Shown: positions 27,995 to 37,683, counted from the stretch's first letter. The stretch is 48,041 nt of DNA from Chloroflexota bacterium (GCA_034189695.1 JAXHUA010000165.1:1-48041); one strand, 5' to 3'. Numbers and translations: made by a program. Notes: generated from the letters alone by a model not told the origin.

Positions 27995-30201
27995 CGGGCT
28001 TGATTGAAGAGAAGACGGCGACCGGATTCGGCACCAGCCTGGAGCACCTGCTGGCCGAGCTGGGCCGGATTGACCTGATGATCCGCCTCAGGCTGCATCA
28101 GGCGCGTCTGAGGGACCCGGGCACCGTCGAGGACGAGTTCCGCGGGCTGTACATCTCGGAGGGTGAGGTGGAGGCATTCCTCGCGGGCGCCACTCCGCTA
28201 TTCGGCGACGACGCCTGGAGCTGCGCGGGTGATGCCGGCGTGGTAGCCATTGAGGATGCGCTGGAGCAACGGCGACGGGAGATCGCTCGCAGGAAGGCGG
28301 TGGCCCTGAGCAACGGTGTGGAAATGCGTCTGCACCGGCTGAGCCAGCTGTTCGGCCTGAGCGCCTTCGATATCGATGCCCTCCTGGTATGCATGCTGCC
28401 TGAGGTCGACCTGAGGTACGAGAGGCTCTACGCCTATCTGCACGACGACGTCACCAGGAAGAGGCCGAGCATCGACCTCGTGCTGCGGTTGCTGTGTCCC
28501 GCGCTCGAAGAACGGCTGGCGGCGAGAGAGGCCTTCTGCAACGATGCTCCGTTGCTGAAGGGCGGCGTCCTCCAGGTTGAAAGTGACCAACATGGGCGAG
28601 CGGCGTCGTTCCTGAGCCAGGTCCTCAGTATCGATCAGCGGGTGGTGGGCTATCTGCTGGGGTCGGACCAGCTCGATGCGCGCGTAGCGCTCTTTGCCGA
28701 ACTGGTCGAGCCTGGGGTGGGGTGGCCGGAGTTGATACTCCCCGAGGACGTGAAGGACCGGCTGCGCGGACTGCCGCATCGCGACCGGGATGGGCTGGTG
28801 TGCTATCTGCACGGGCCCTACGGCGTGGGACGGCGAACGGCGGCCGAGGCCATGTGCCGGGAGGCGGGCGTCCAGCTTCTGGTGGTCGATGTGGGTCGGC
28901 TGGGGTGGGCCGAGGTCTCCGTTGAGGCGGCGGCCGACCTGGCGATGCGAGAGGCGAGCCTGCGGGGCGGGATGATGTACTGGCACGGCTTCGAGGCCGT
29001 GCCAGCCGAGGGGGAAGCTATGCTTGGCCGTGTGGCGGCCAGGCTGGCGGGCTGGTCAGGCGTGACGCTGCTCGGCGGCGAGGCCCCGTGGGTGCCGCAG
29101 GGCTGGCATGAGCAATGTCATTTCGTATCCATCGAGATGCCGTTCCCGACGCATGCGCTGCGAAGGCGCCTGTGGCAGGCGCACCTCGACGGACAGTGCC
29201 CGGGGGACGATGAGGTGAGTGCTCTGGCCGACAGGTTCCATTTCACTGCAGGACAGATCCGGGACGCGGTGGGCACGGCTGAGAGCCTGGCTCTGGCCGA
29301 GGGACGGCCGGACGACGGCATCGGTCTCGGCGACCTGTATCGGGCGTGCCGCATGCAGTCGAATCAGACCCTCTCCAGCCTGGCGAAGAAGATAGAGCCA
29401 CGGTATGACTGGGACGACATCGTGCTGCCCCCCGACCAGGCGGCGCAACTGCGTGAGATATGCGAGTACGTCCAGCAGCGCCACGTGGTGTACGGCGAGT
29501 GGGGGTTCGGCGGCAAGCTGGCCACAGGTGGCGGCCTCAACGCGCTCTTTGCCGGGCCATCCGGGACAGGCAAGACCATGGCCAGCGAGATTATCGCCAG
29601 TGAGCTGCTGCTCGACCTGTACAAGATCGACCTCTCGGGTGTCGTCAGCAAGTACATCGGGGAGACGGAGAAGAACCTGGACAGGGTCTTTCGTGAGGGC
29701 CGGGACTCGAACGCCATCCTCCTGTTTGACGAGGCTGACGCTCTCTTCGGCAAGCGCTCCGAGGTGCGCGACTCGCACGACCGCTACGCCAACATCGAGG
29801 TGGCCTATCTGTTGCAGAAGATGGAGGAGTACGAAGGCATCGTAATCATGGCCACCAATCTGCGCAAGAACGTGGACGAGGCCTTCGCCCGCCGCATGCA
29901 TTTCGCCGTCGAGTTCCCCTTCCCCGAGGAGCACTACCGGCATGAGATCTGGAAGCGTGTCTTCCCGCTGGAGGCGCCGCTGGCTGAGGACGTGGACCTG
30001 GCGTTCCTGGCGCGTCAACTGAAGGTTACCGGCGGCAACATAAAGAACATCGCTCTGGCAGCGGCCTTTCTGGCCGCAGCGGACTCATCGGCGATCGCCA
30101 TGGGGCATGTCATAAAAGGTGCGAAGAGAGAGTATCAGAAGATCGGGAAGCTCTGCACCGAGGCTGATTTCGGCCGGTATTTCGACGTGGTGAAAGGCTA
30201 G
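27991..30201 (+). CDS. CIS AAA+ ATPase (Afp15/Pvc15-like)
   Basis: 736 aa. YAYLHDDVTRKRPS N-domain, degenerate first P-loop GPYGVGRRT, intact GPSGTGKT, VVSKYIGETEKNL, LLFDEADALFGKRSEV.DSHDRYAN. Confidence 0.95.
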   Translation: MTGLIEEKTATGFGTSLEHLLAELGRIDLMIRLRLHQARLRDPGTVEDEFRGLYISEGEVEAFLAGATPLFGDDAWSCAGDAGVVAIEDALEQRRREIARRKAVALSNGVEMRLHRLSQLFGLSAFDIDALLVCMLPEVDLRYERLYAYLHDDVTRKRPSIDLVLRLLCPALEERLAAREAFCNDAPLLKGGVLQVESDQHGRAASFLSQVLSIDQRVVGYLLGSDQLDARVALFAELVEPGVGWPELILPEDVKDRLRGLPHRDRDGLVCYLHGPYGVGRRTAAEAMCREAGVQLLVVDVGRLGWAEVSVEAAADLAMREASLRGGMMYWHGFEAVPAEGEAMLGRVAARLAGWSGVTLLGGEAPWVPQGWHEQCHFVSIEMPFPTHALRRRLWQAHLDGQCPGDDEVSALADRFHFTAGQIRDAVGTAESLALAEGRPDDGIGLGDLYRACRMQSNQTLSSLAKKIEPRYDWDDIVLPPDQAAQLREICEYVQQRHVVYGEWGFGGKLATGGGLNALFAGPSGTGKTMASEIIASELLLDLYKIDLSGVVSKYIGETEKNLDRVFREGRDSNAILLFDEADALFGKRSEVRDSHDRYANIEVAYLLQKMEEYEGIVIMATNLRKNVDEAFARRMHFAVEFPFPEEHYRHEIWKRVFPLEAPLAEDVDLAFLARQLKVTGGNIKNIALAAAFLAAADSSAIAMGHVIKGAKREYQKIGKLCTEADFGRYFDVVKG

Positions 30202-30214
30202 AGGGCGGACTGAT

Positions 30215-31705
30215 ATGGCAAGAGGCAAGGGAAAGAGGCCGGGCGGTGGCCGCCCGGCGGCCCGCACGAGCCGCAAGGGCAGCGTGCGCTCGCCGGGGGC
30301 CGGCAAGCCGGCCAGGCACGGCAGCCATGTGCGTGTGCCGTCGCCGGTCTCGGAGAGGACGCCGGACGAGGTCGCCGAGCACAAGCGCCTCGCCATGCTG
30401 GGCGACGGCCGGCTGTCTCATACGGCGAACGCCGCGCAGAAGGCAGACGTGCTGAACATGCTTCAGCAGGGTTACGGCAACGCCTATGTGCAGCGGGTCG
30501 TGGACCGCATCCGGGCCAGAAGGGACGATGGGCTGTCATCGCGGGACAGCTCTGCCGGCATTGAGCGGGGCATCGCCGGCGAGAGGGGTGCGGGCCGGCC
30601 TCTGGAGCCGAGGGTCAGCTCCGAGATGGGGGAACGTTTTGGCCGCGGTCTGGACGACGTGCGGGTACACGACGATGCCGCCGCAGACGGGCTGGCGAAG
30701 GGACTGGGTGCGCGGGCGTTCACCGTCGGTGGTGACGTCTTCTTCCGCCACGGCAGCTACGCCCCGGATTCAGTCGAAGGACAGAGGCTGCTGGCCCACG
30801 AGCTGACCCACGTGGTGCAGCAGACGGGTGGCAAAGGCGGCGGCCAGGCCCCGGTACAGTTCATGCCCGACGTTGCACCGGACGTTGACATGGCCATACG
30901 GAAGTGGCTCAGCGCTGAACCAGCCGCCTCCATTCTGAAGCCCGAGGCGCTCGCGGCGCGGGTACGGAGCGCGATACCCGAGGCAAGCGGTCTGTCGGAT
31001 GACGACGTCCAGGCGGTGTACCACCGCTGGAAGCTGTCGCGCAGCCTGACAAAGCCCTTGCTGCCAATGGGCCCCGCACCGACACCACCGGCCAAGGAGC
31101 CTGTGGGCGGTTCGGCGCTGGCCGACACAGTCAAGAAGGTCACCGACGCCTTCAAGAGCATACCGACCCAGGTCAAGGTCAGCGTGAAAGGCGGTTCGGT
31201 CGTTGTCGACGCCAGCGGGGCCACGAGCAAGCTCAAGGTGGACAAGGCGACGCTCACGGCGGCCGCCGGATGGAATGGCAACTTCAAGATAGGAGCAAGC
31301 TATCGCGGCTCGGGGTCGCTCGCCGCCGGCCAGATGGTCAATCTGTCGGCGAGCGTGAACGCCAAGAAGTACTCCATAAGCCTGCGCATCGGCCCCAGTG
31401 TCACCGCGATCGACAAGCTGCCTGACATCGTCGAGAAGGCCGAGGAGGGACTGGGAGACCTGCTGTCGGACATAGGCTCACTGAACCTGGAGAGCCTGGA
31501 CGATGTGAAAGCGAGTGCCGGACGGATCGCCGACCACGTGAAGTCGATAAAGACGGCAGTCGATGCCTGCTCCAAGCTCGAAGGGGCGAGAACGGGGGGG
31601 GTGCCACCCATATTCCTGAGCTTGAAGGCGCAGTTCCCCACAGCCAAGGGAAAAGAGGAAGGCGTGCCCACGAGTGTCATGGGCATGATAACGATACCGT
31701 TCTAG
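30215..31705 (+). CDS. DUF4157 (eCIS core) domain cargo/effector protein 1
   Basis: GRPL...VRVHDD..A..LGARAFTVG.DVFF..LLAHELTHVVQQ. C-terminal domain not recognised. Confidence 0.88.
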   Translation: MARGKGKRPGGGRPAARTSRKGSVRSPGAGKPARHGSHVRVPSPVSERTPDEVAEHKRLAMLGDGRLSHTANAAQKADVLNMLQQGYGNAYVQRVVDRIRARRDDGLSSRDSSAGIERGIAGERGAGRPLEPRVSSEMGERFGRGLDDVRVHDDAAADGLAKGLGARAFTVGGDVFFRHGSYAPDSVEGQRLLAHELTHVVQQTGGKGGGQAPVQFMPDVAPDVDMAIRKWLSAEPAASILKPEALAARVRSAIPEASGLSDDDVQAVYHRWKLSRSLTKPLLPMGPAPTPPAKEPVGGSALADTVKKVTDAFKSIPTQVKVSVKGGSVVVDASGATSKLKVDKATLTAAAGWNGNFKIGASYRGSGSLAAGQMVNLSASVNAKKYSISLRIGPSVTAIDKLPDIVEKAEEGLGDLLSDIGSLNLESLDDVKASAGRIADHVKSIKTAVDACSKLEGARTGGVPPIFLSLKAQFPTAKGKEEGVPTSVMGMITIPF

Positions 31706-31747
31706 CCGTCGTATGGCTGTACGTCGGGGGAACGGCTGGAGGTCGAG

Positions 31748-33571
31748 ATGCCGGAGCGTGCACACAGAGAGGGTGACGAGCAGAGAGCCCAGCGCAGGCA
31801 GAAGGCGGGGCAGTCAGAGGCCGGGCATCTCAAGGCGCGGGACGAGTCGCCCGAGGCGACGGCAGACGTGTCGCCGCTGGAAGGCCAAGCCGCCATCCTC
31901 AGCGACGGGCGCTTCTCCCACCCGGCCAACGCGGGGCAGAAGGCGCAGGTGGCAAGCCATCTCCAGCGAAGCCATGGGAACGCTTACGTGCAGCGCCTGC
32001 TCGATTCGAAAACGGTCCAGGCGAAGCTCACCGTGAACCCGCCCGACGACCAGTACGAGCGGGAAGCCGACAGGGTGGCCGAGGCCGTGTCGCGGGCTCC
32101 AGATACCGGCGTCCAGCGCCAGGAGGAGGAAGAGGAGGAGGAGGGGGAGGCAGCGGTGCAGGCCAAACCGGCCGCTGGCCACAACCTCCAGGGGCTGCAG
32201 CGACAGGTCGAAGAGGGAGGGGAAGAAGAGGAGGTGGAGGAGGAAGCGGTGCAGACAAAACCGGCCGTCAGTCAGAGCGTCCATACGCTGCAGCGACAGG
32301 TTGAAGAAGGAGAGGAGCAAGAGGAGGAAGAGGAAGCGACAGCACAGACCAAACCAGTGGCAGCACGGCCCCCCAAGGTATCCAGGGGGCTGGAGAGGCG
32401 CATCGACGCCGCGCGTGGCGGCGGCCGGCCGCTGGGCGATTCCGTGCGGGCCCCGCTTGAGAACCAGTTCGAGCGCGACCTCAGCCAGGTGCACGTCCAC
32501 ACCGACCATGAGGCGGACAGGCTGAGTCGTGAACTCCAGGCCAGCGCCTTCACCTCAGGGCGGGATGTGTTCTTCCGCCAGGGAGCATACGACCCCCATT
32601 CCCAGGCTGGCATGGGTCTCTTGGGCCATGAGGTGACTCACGTGGTGCAGCAGGGCGCAGCCGGACCGGACAGGTCCCAACCCGTCACTGGGAGTCCACC
32701 GGTACAGGCTTCGCCTCTTCCTGAGGCCGCGGCCATCCAGCGCCAGGGTGCAGCACGCGAAGAAGAGGAAGAGCCGTGGTGGCTGAAGAAGGGGATCACG
32801 GCGAAGCGTGGCGTTGGCATTGACAAGAAGGCGGCGGCTGAGAAGCTGGGGAGCGTTAACAACACGGCGAGAGTCAACGCCGTGTCATTCTCCGATGAGG
32901 TGGGCAAAGCGTGCGATCATTTCGAGGTCTATGCCAAACCGAGGATATCGGCTCTGAAGGGTGAGCTCACAGCGGGCGAACTGGTGAGTTCCCTGCTGAG
33001 CGCGGCCCTGGGGCCTCTTCGCCAGCAATTCACCGAGCGCGTCGCGACCGTGCTCGGAGAGAAAGTGACGGCAGCGGTGACCGGCAAGTTTGACACGGCG
33101 GTGAAGGACGCCGCCAAGAAGGTTGTGGCAAACGAGTCGGATGTGAAGGCCCTCGAGGACGCTGTGGCCAAGGCGTGCGCCGGTGCAAAGGACGCCGCCA
33201 CCAGACTCAAGGACGCGGTGGGGGAGAACCTCACGCCTGCCATTGACGCCACGCAGAGGCGACTGTACGAGGACCTGCCGCTGACCGAGGCGCAGGACGA
33301 GATGGTGGGCATGTTCTACGAGGCGCCGGTGCGGAACGTTGACGACTACCTTGAGAGGTTCTACGGCGTCCCCAGCAAGGCCAAAGCCAGGGCACTCCAG
33401 GTCCAGGTGTACTACCACCTGGTGCGGCGCTTCGAGGAGAAGGTCATTGAGGCCGAGTGGCCGATGGACTTCGAGGAAAGGCTGCGCAAGAGAGCGCTGA
33501 AGGGACACATCGCCAGTGAGCGGGCACTCAGGGCGGCCGAGGAGCGCAGGAAAGCGCTCGAAGGAGAGTAG
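31748..33571 (+). CDS. DUF4157 (eCIS core) domain cargo/effector protein 2
   Basis: VQAKLTVNPPDDQYEREADRVA, acidic QRQ-E(n)-QxKP repeats, VHVHTD..AFTSGRDVFF..LLGHEVTHVVQQ. Helical C-terminus. Confidence 0.9.
   Translation: MPERAHREGDEQRAQRRQKAGQSEAGHLKARDESPEATADVSPLEGQAAILSDGRFSHPANAGQKAQVASHLQRSHGNAYVQRLLDSKTVQAKLTVNPPDDQYEREADRVAEAVSRAPDTGVQRQEEEEEEEGEAAVQAKPAAGHNLQGLQRQVEEGGEEEEVEEEAVQTKPAVSQSVHTLQRQVEEGEEQEEEEEATAQTKPVAARPPKVSRGLERRIDAARGGGRPLGDSVRAPLENQFERDLSQVHVHTDHEADRLSRELQASAFTSGRDVFFRQGAYDPHSQAGMGLLGHEVTHVVQQGAAGPDRSQPVTGSPPVQASPLPEAAAIQRQGAAREEEEEPWWLKKGITAKRGVGIDKKAAAEKLGSVNNTARVNAVSFSDEVGKACDHFEVYAKPRISALKGELTAGELVSSLLSAALGPLRQQFTERVATVLGEKVTAAVTGKFDTAVKDAAKKVVANESDVKALEDAVAKACAGAKDAATRLKDAVGENLTPAIDATQRRLYEDLPLTEAQDEMVGMFYEAPVRNVDDYLERFYGVPSKAKARALQVQVYYHLVRRFEEKVIEAEWPMDFEERLRKRALKGHIASERALRAAEERRKALEGE
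32111..32356 (+). repeat. Three imperfect intragenic repeats (VQRQ/LQRQ, poly-Glu, QAKP/QTKP)
   Basis: CTGCAGCGACAGGT and CAGACxAAACC recur at DNA level, with GAG/GAA runs between them. Confidence 0.8.
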
Positions 33572-33665
33572 GCGGAGAGGGCCTGATGCAGATGTCAACG
33601 CGGAAAGTGGCTCTGGAGACTGCGGTGGCTGATACGTGCCGTCAGTCCAGAGGGCGGGCATAGAG

Positions 33666-35189
33666 ATGGCGGATAGACACACGAAGACAGAGACGCGGAG
33701 TCGCGAGCCCGAGAAGGCCCGTGAGGGGCAAAGGCCTCGCGACGCAGCCCCGCAGCCTATGAACGAGCTCGGCGGCGACGCTGCGGTATTCGAGAGCCTC
33801 CTCGCCACACCGGCGATGGGACTGCCGGTGGAGCGCCACGCGGCCACTCTGAACGATGCCCGGTTCAGCCATCGGGCGAACGCTGGCCAGAAGGCGCGCA
33901 TGGTGAGCCAGCTCCAGCGGCACTACGGCAACGGTCATGTGCAGCGGGTGCTGGACTCCGTGACGGCGCAGGCGCCTGACTCGATCGTCCAGCGCCAAAC
34001 AGAGGACGACGGCGCGCGTGCACTCCACACAGAGCCCCTATCCGAAACGGCTGAAGGGGTGCCCGGCAACATGGGGACACGTATCTCGACCCCGGCGAGC
34101 GGCCGCCCGGTTGTCACACAGCAGGCTATGAGTCCGGTGATCGCCCGCTCGCCGGGTGAGCCCGGCACCACCACCACCGAGGAAGAGGAGATGGAGGAGC
34201 TGATGGAGGGGGCGGCCCCCGGCGAGCTGGACTTGGAGGAACTGGCCGCGGCCTACAGCGAAGGAACGCCGCTGGAGGAGGCCGAGTCCCGCGCCGGGAC
34301 TCCCAGTGAGGAATGGCCCGAACTGGAGCCGGGTCAGCGTACCGCGATCAGGGGTCTCATCAGCAGTGGGCAGCGCCAGGGAGCGGTCGACCGATTGTGG
34401 GACCTCCTGGCCCTGCCTCAGCGGAGTCGGGTCTCCCCGACCCCCCAGGTGACCACGGAGCTGGGGATAGTCGACGGTGTTCCCGTGTCGAGAGGGGGGG
34501 CACTGACCTCCGGGCTGTGCATCCCGTATGTCGTTGCCACCACGGCCTGCGCCGGCTGCCCCGAATCGGAGCACTGGCAGCGACACAACAACGACGAGCT
34601 GCGCGCCGTTATCCAGATACACAACCGCGTATTTGAGCGCTCGCCGGCCGAGGCGGTGGGCCAGCTCCTCAGCACCGTAATGCACGAGTACACCCACGTG
34701 CGACAGATGCTCGATGAGGGTATCCACGAGGGAATCTCTTTCGCCACCTATCCGCCAGGCTCCCGCGCCGCAGTCGGGGAGAGGGAGTTCGTTGCTTCCG
34801 CAGCCAGCGTGTCCCCGGCCGAGCGGCGACGCATGGAAGCGCTTCAGGAGGTGGACGCCGTCTGTTCTGAGTTAGAGAACCTCGACAGGACCGGCCTCAC
34901 CGGGCTGGGACTCCAGGGGGTAATCAACTATCTGTGGGACAACTACAGGCAGTACGTCTCCAGCCTCGGAGGCGACCCCGCAGACCCGGCGGTGGAAGAG
35001 CGCACGTATCAGAGCCTGCGTCGCGGCAGACAGCGGTTCGTCGCCTATCTCCCACATTCACCGTACCCGCCACGCCATAGGCAGTACCTCCTCGAGCGCT
35101 GCCCTGAGGACTATGACCCCAGCCTCATGAGTGGCAGGGAGCTGACCGGCCCCGCGGCCGGCGAACACACGGAGGCGGAATCGGAGTGA
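33666..35189 (+). CDS. CIS cargo/effector protein 3, putative gluzincin metallopeptidase without the DUF4157 core
   Basis: Shares the N-terminal motif with cargo 1 and 2. HEYTH plus downstream EVDA. Alternative start at 33636. Confidence 0.75.
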   Translation: MADRHTKTETRSREPEKAREGQRPRDAAPQPMNELGGDAAVFESLLATPAMGLPVERHAATLNDARFSHRANAGQKARMVSQLQRHYGNGHVQRVLDSVTAQAPDSIVQRQTEDDGARALHTEPLSETAEGVPGNMGTRISTPASGRPVVTQQAMSPVIARSPGEPGTTTTEEEEMEELMEGAAPGELDLEELAAAYSEGTPLEEAESRAGTPSEEWPELEPGQRTAIRGLISSGQRQGAVDRLWDLLALPQRSRVSPTPQVTTELGIVDGVPVSRGGALTSGLCIPYVVATTACAGCPESEHWQRHNNDELRAVIQIHNRVFERSPAEAVGQLLSTVMHEYTHVRQMLDEGIHEGISFATYPPGSRAAVGEREFVASAASVSPAERRRMEALQEVDAVCSELENLDRTGLTGLGLQGVINYLWDNYRQYVSSLGGDPADPAVEERTYQSLRRGRQRFVAYLPHSPYPPRHRQYLLERCPEDYDPSLMSGRELTGPAAGEHTEAESE

Positions 35190-35216
35190 ACGGAAAGAGC
35201 CTGAGAGAGGGTAGCC

Positions 35217-36035
35217 ATGATCGCAGACCTTGACGAGACCATCAAGCAACTGCTGATGCAGAAGGGCTCTCTGGACTCAACCGAGGTGGACATCTGTTTC
35301 GACATGCCGGGACAGGAGTGGTCGGCGGGCATCACCAAGCCCACGATCAACCTCTACCTCTATGACATCAGAGAGAACCACGACCTGCGGCTCTACGACT
35401 GGGAGACCGAGCGTAACGAGGACAAGACCGCCACCAAGAGGAGGATGCCGGTCCGGGTCGACCTGACGTATCTCATCACCGTGTGGACGAGCAATGTCGA
35501 CGACGAGCACCGGCTGCTCTGGTATGTACTCGCTGCCCTATTTCGCTATCCTTTGATCCCCACGGACGTGTACCAGGGCGAACTGGCGGGCACGGATATG
35601 CTTATCTCCACCCTCGTCGCTCAACCAGACGGCCCGTTGCGGAACCCGGCCGATTTCTGGGCGTCGCTCGATAATCGCTTGAAGGCCTCAATCAACTACG
35701 TAGTCACCGTGCCTCTAGACCTTGACGTGCACGTCTCCGCTCCCGTCGTGAGCACCAGGGTCCTTGGCGTGCGCGGCATAGACCAGGCGGACAGCGAGGA
35801 GCGACTCCAGGTGAAGGGAGTGCTGCACGAGAAAGGCAAACCGCACCAGGTGATTCCGCAGGCCACCCTGTTCATCAAGGAGGCGGGCAGGACCGCGACG
35901 ACGGACGAGCAGGGGCGCTGGGCTTTCAGCAAGCTGTCGCGAGGCGAGTACACCGTCAGGGTTAGAGCGCCGGACCGCAAGGAGAAAGAGATGGTGCTGA
36001 GCGTACCGAGTCTCAGCTATGACATCGAGGTCTAG
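35217..36035 (+). CDS. CIS cap/terminator (Afp16/Pvc16, DUF4255) with a C-terminal carboxypeptidase-regulatory-like domain
   Basis: MIADLDETIKQLL, ICFDMP..W, PTINLYLYDIREN, DLTYLITVW...DEHRLL, and C-terminal TTDEQGRWAF..L..GEYTV. Confidence 0.9.
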   Translation: MIADLDETIKQLLMQKGSLDSTEVDICFDMPGQEWSAGITKPTINLYLYDIRENHDLRLYDWETERNEDKTATKRRMPVRVDLTYLITVWTSNVDDEHRLLWYVLAALFRYPLIPTDVYQGELAGTDMLISTLVAQPDGPLRNPADFWASLDNRLKASINYVVTVPLDLDVHVSAPVVSTRVLGVRGIDQADSEERLQVKGVLHEKGKPHQVIPQATLFIKEAGRTATTDEQGRWAFSKLSRGEYTVRVRAPDRKEKEMVLSVPSLSYDIEV

Positions 36036-36132
36036 GTGAACAAGACCATTCATTCAGGAGGCAAGGAGGGAGGAGAGATGTAGGCGATCACCGCACACAA
36101 GTAGCGATAGAACGAAGGAAGGAGGGAACACT

Positions 36133-37683
36133 ATGGCACCGCAATATCTTTCCCCTGGTGTCTACGTTGAAGAGGTGGACAAGGGCGCCAGACCCATTGA
36201 GGGCGTTGGAACGGCGGTGGCTGCCTTTCTCGGCTTCGCCGAGGATGGGCCGGTGAACCAGGCCACGCTGATTGCCAACTGGACGCAGTTCCTCAACGTG
36301 TTCGGCGGGTTCATCTCGGGCTCATACCTGGCCCACTCTGTGTACGGGTACTTCAACAACGGCGGCGGCAGCTGCTACGTCACCCGCCTGCCCGACGTCG
36401 AAGGCGTGGGAGAGCCGAAGGCTCCGCAGGCGCAGGCTTCCCTGCCCGCCCGCGGCAAGGCCTCGCTGGAGAGCCTGAGCGTTACGGCGCTGGAGCCCGG
36501 CGAGGTCACGGTTGAAGTGGCCGCCCCCGGCGAGGAGGCTGCCGAGGACGAGTTCAACCTTGTCGTGCGCAGGGGCGGTACCGAGGAGGTCTTCGAGAGC
36601 GTCACGCTGAGGAAGGGCAGGGGAGTGCGCAATGTGGTGGAGGTGGTCAACAAGGAGTCGAAGCTGGTACGCGTGGCGGAGCGCGAGTCGAGCCTGAGCC
36701 TGCCGGAGCGGGTTCCAGCGGCCGGGACGTATGCTCTCACCGTATCGGAGTCCAAGGCGGTGGCGGCCAAGCAGGTGGGCACCGATCTCATTATGGGCGA
36801 TGCCGCCGAGCGGACCGGCCTGGCCGGTTTTGAGGCCGCCGACGACGTGACCATGGTGTGTGTGCCGGAGCTTATGGGGCTGTACCAGCGCGGGGCGCTG
36901 TCGCTGGAAGGGGTCAAGGCGGTACAGCAGGCCATGCTCGACCACTGCGCCAACATGAAGGACCGGTTCGCCATCCTGGACAGCCCGCCGGGCATGAGCC
37001 CGCAGCAGATCAGGGACTGGCGGCTGAACGAGGCTGGCTACGACTCCAAGTATGGCGCGGTGTACTACCCCTGGATCAAGGTAGCCAACCCCCTGGGCAA
37101 CGGCGAGGCAGTGCTCGTCCCGCCCAGCGGCCACATGGCTGGCATCTACGCCCGCAGCGATACGGAGCGCGGCGTACACAAGGCGCCGGCGAACGAGATC
37201 GTGCGAGGAGCACTGGGGCTGGAGGCACAGATCACCAAGAGTGAGCAGGACTCCCTCAACCCTGAGGGCATCAACTGCATCCGCACCTTCCCCGGGCGGG
37301 GTATCCGCGTCTGGGGCGCCCGCACACTCTCGAGCGATGCCCAGTGGCGCTACATCAATGTGCGACGCCTGTTCAACTTCGTTGAGGAATCGATCGAGGC
37401 GGGCACCCAGTGGATCGTCTTCGAACCCAACGACATGGACCTGTGGGCGCGCATCAGACGGGACGCAAGCGCCTTCCTGACCCGGGTGTGGCGTGACGGG
37501 GCGCTCTTCGGCGCCACGCCGAGCGACGCCTTCTACGTCAAGTGTGACGAGGAGCTCAACACGGTGGAGGTGCGCGACGCCGGCCAGGTGATAATCGAGA
37601 TAGGCATGGCGCCGGTGAAACCGGCTGAGTTTGTCATCTTTCGCATCAGCCAGTGGGCCGGTGGCGCTGCTGTAGCAGAATAG
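36133..37683 (+). CDS. Contractile tail sheath protein
   Basis: YLSPGVYVEEV, YFNNGG, YYPWI, PPSG..AGIYARSD..RGVHKAPAN, GIRVWGARTL, WRYINVRRL, PVKPAEFVIFRI. Confidence 0.97.
   Translation: MAPQYLSPGVYVEEVDKGARPIEGVGTAVAAFLGFAEDGPVNQATLIANWTQFLNVFGGFISGSYLAHSVYGYFNNGGGSCYVTRLPDVEGVGEPKAPQAQASLPARGKASLESLSVTALEPGEVTVEVAAPGEEAAEDEFNLVVRRGGTEEVFESVTLRKGRGVRNVVEVVNKESKLVRVAERESSLSLPERVPAAGTYALTVSESKAVAAKQVGTDLIMGDAAERTGLAGFEAADDVTMVCVPELMGLYQRGALSLEGVKAVQQAMLDHCANMKDRFAILDSPPGMSPQQIRDWRLNEAGYDSKYGAVYYPWIKVANPLGNGEAVLVPPSGHMAGIYARSDTERGVHKAPANEIVRGALGLEAQITKSEQDSLNPEGINCIRTFPGRGIRVWGARTLSSDAQWRYINVRRLFNFVEESIEAGTQWIVFEPNDMDLWARIRRDASAFLTRVWRDGALFGATPSDAFYVKCDEELNTVEVRDAGQVIIEIGMAPVKPAEFVIFRISQWAGGAAVAE

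Noticed and set aside
32111-32356. Repeats as a possible CRISPR or non-coding array
   Set aside because: They are in-frame, degenerate and encode poly-Glu units. No constant repeat/spacer structure and no cas genes.
33611-33652. Hairpin CTCTGGA...TCCAGAG between cargo 2 and cargo 3
   Set aside because: Single imperfect GC-rich stem with no U-tract and no second copy. Cannot be distinguished from chance.
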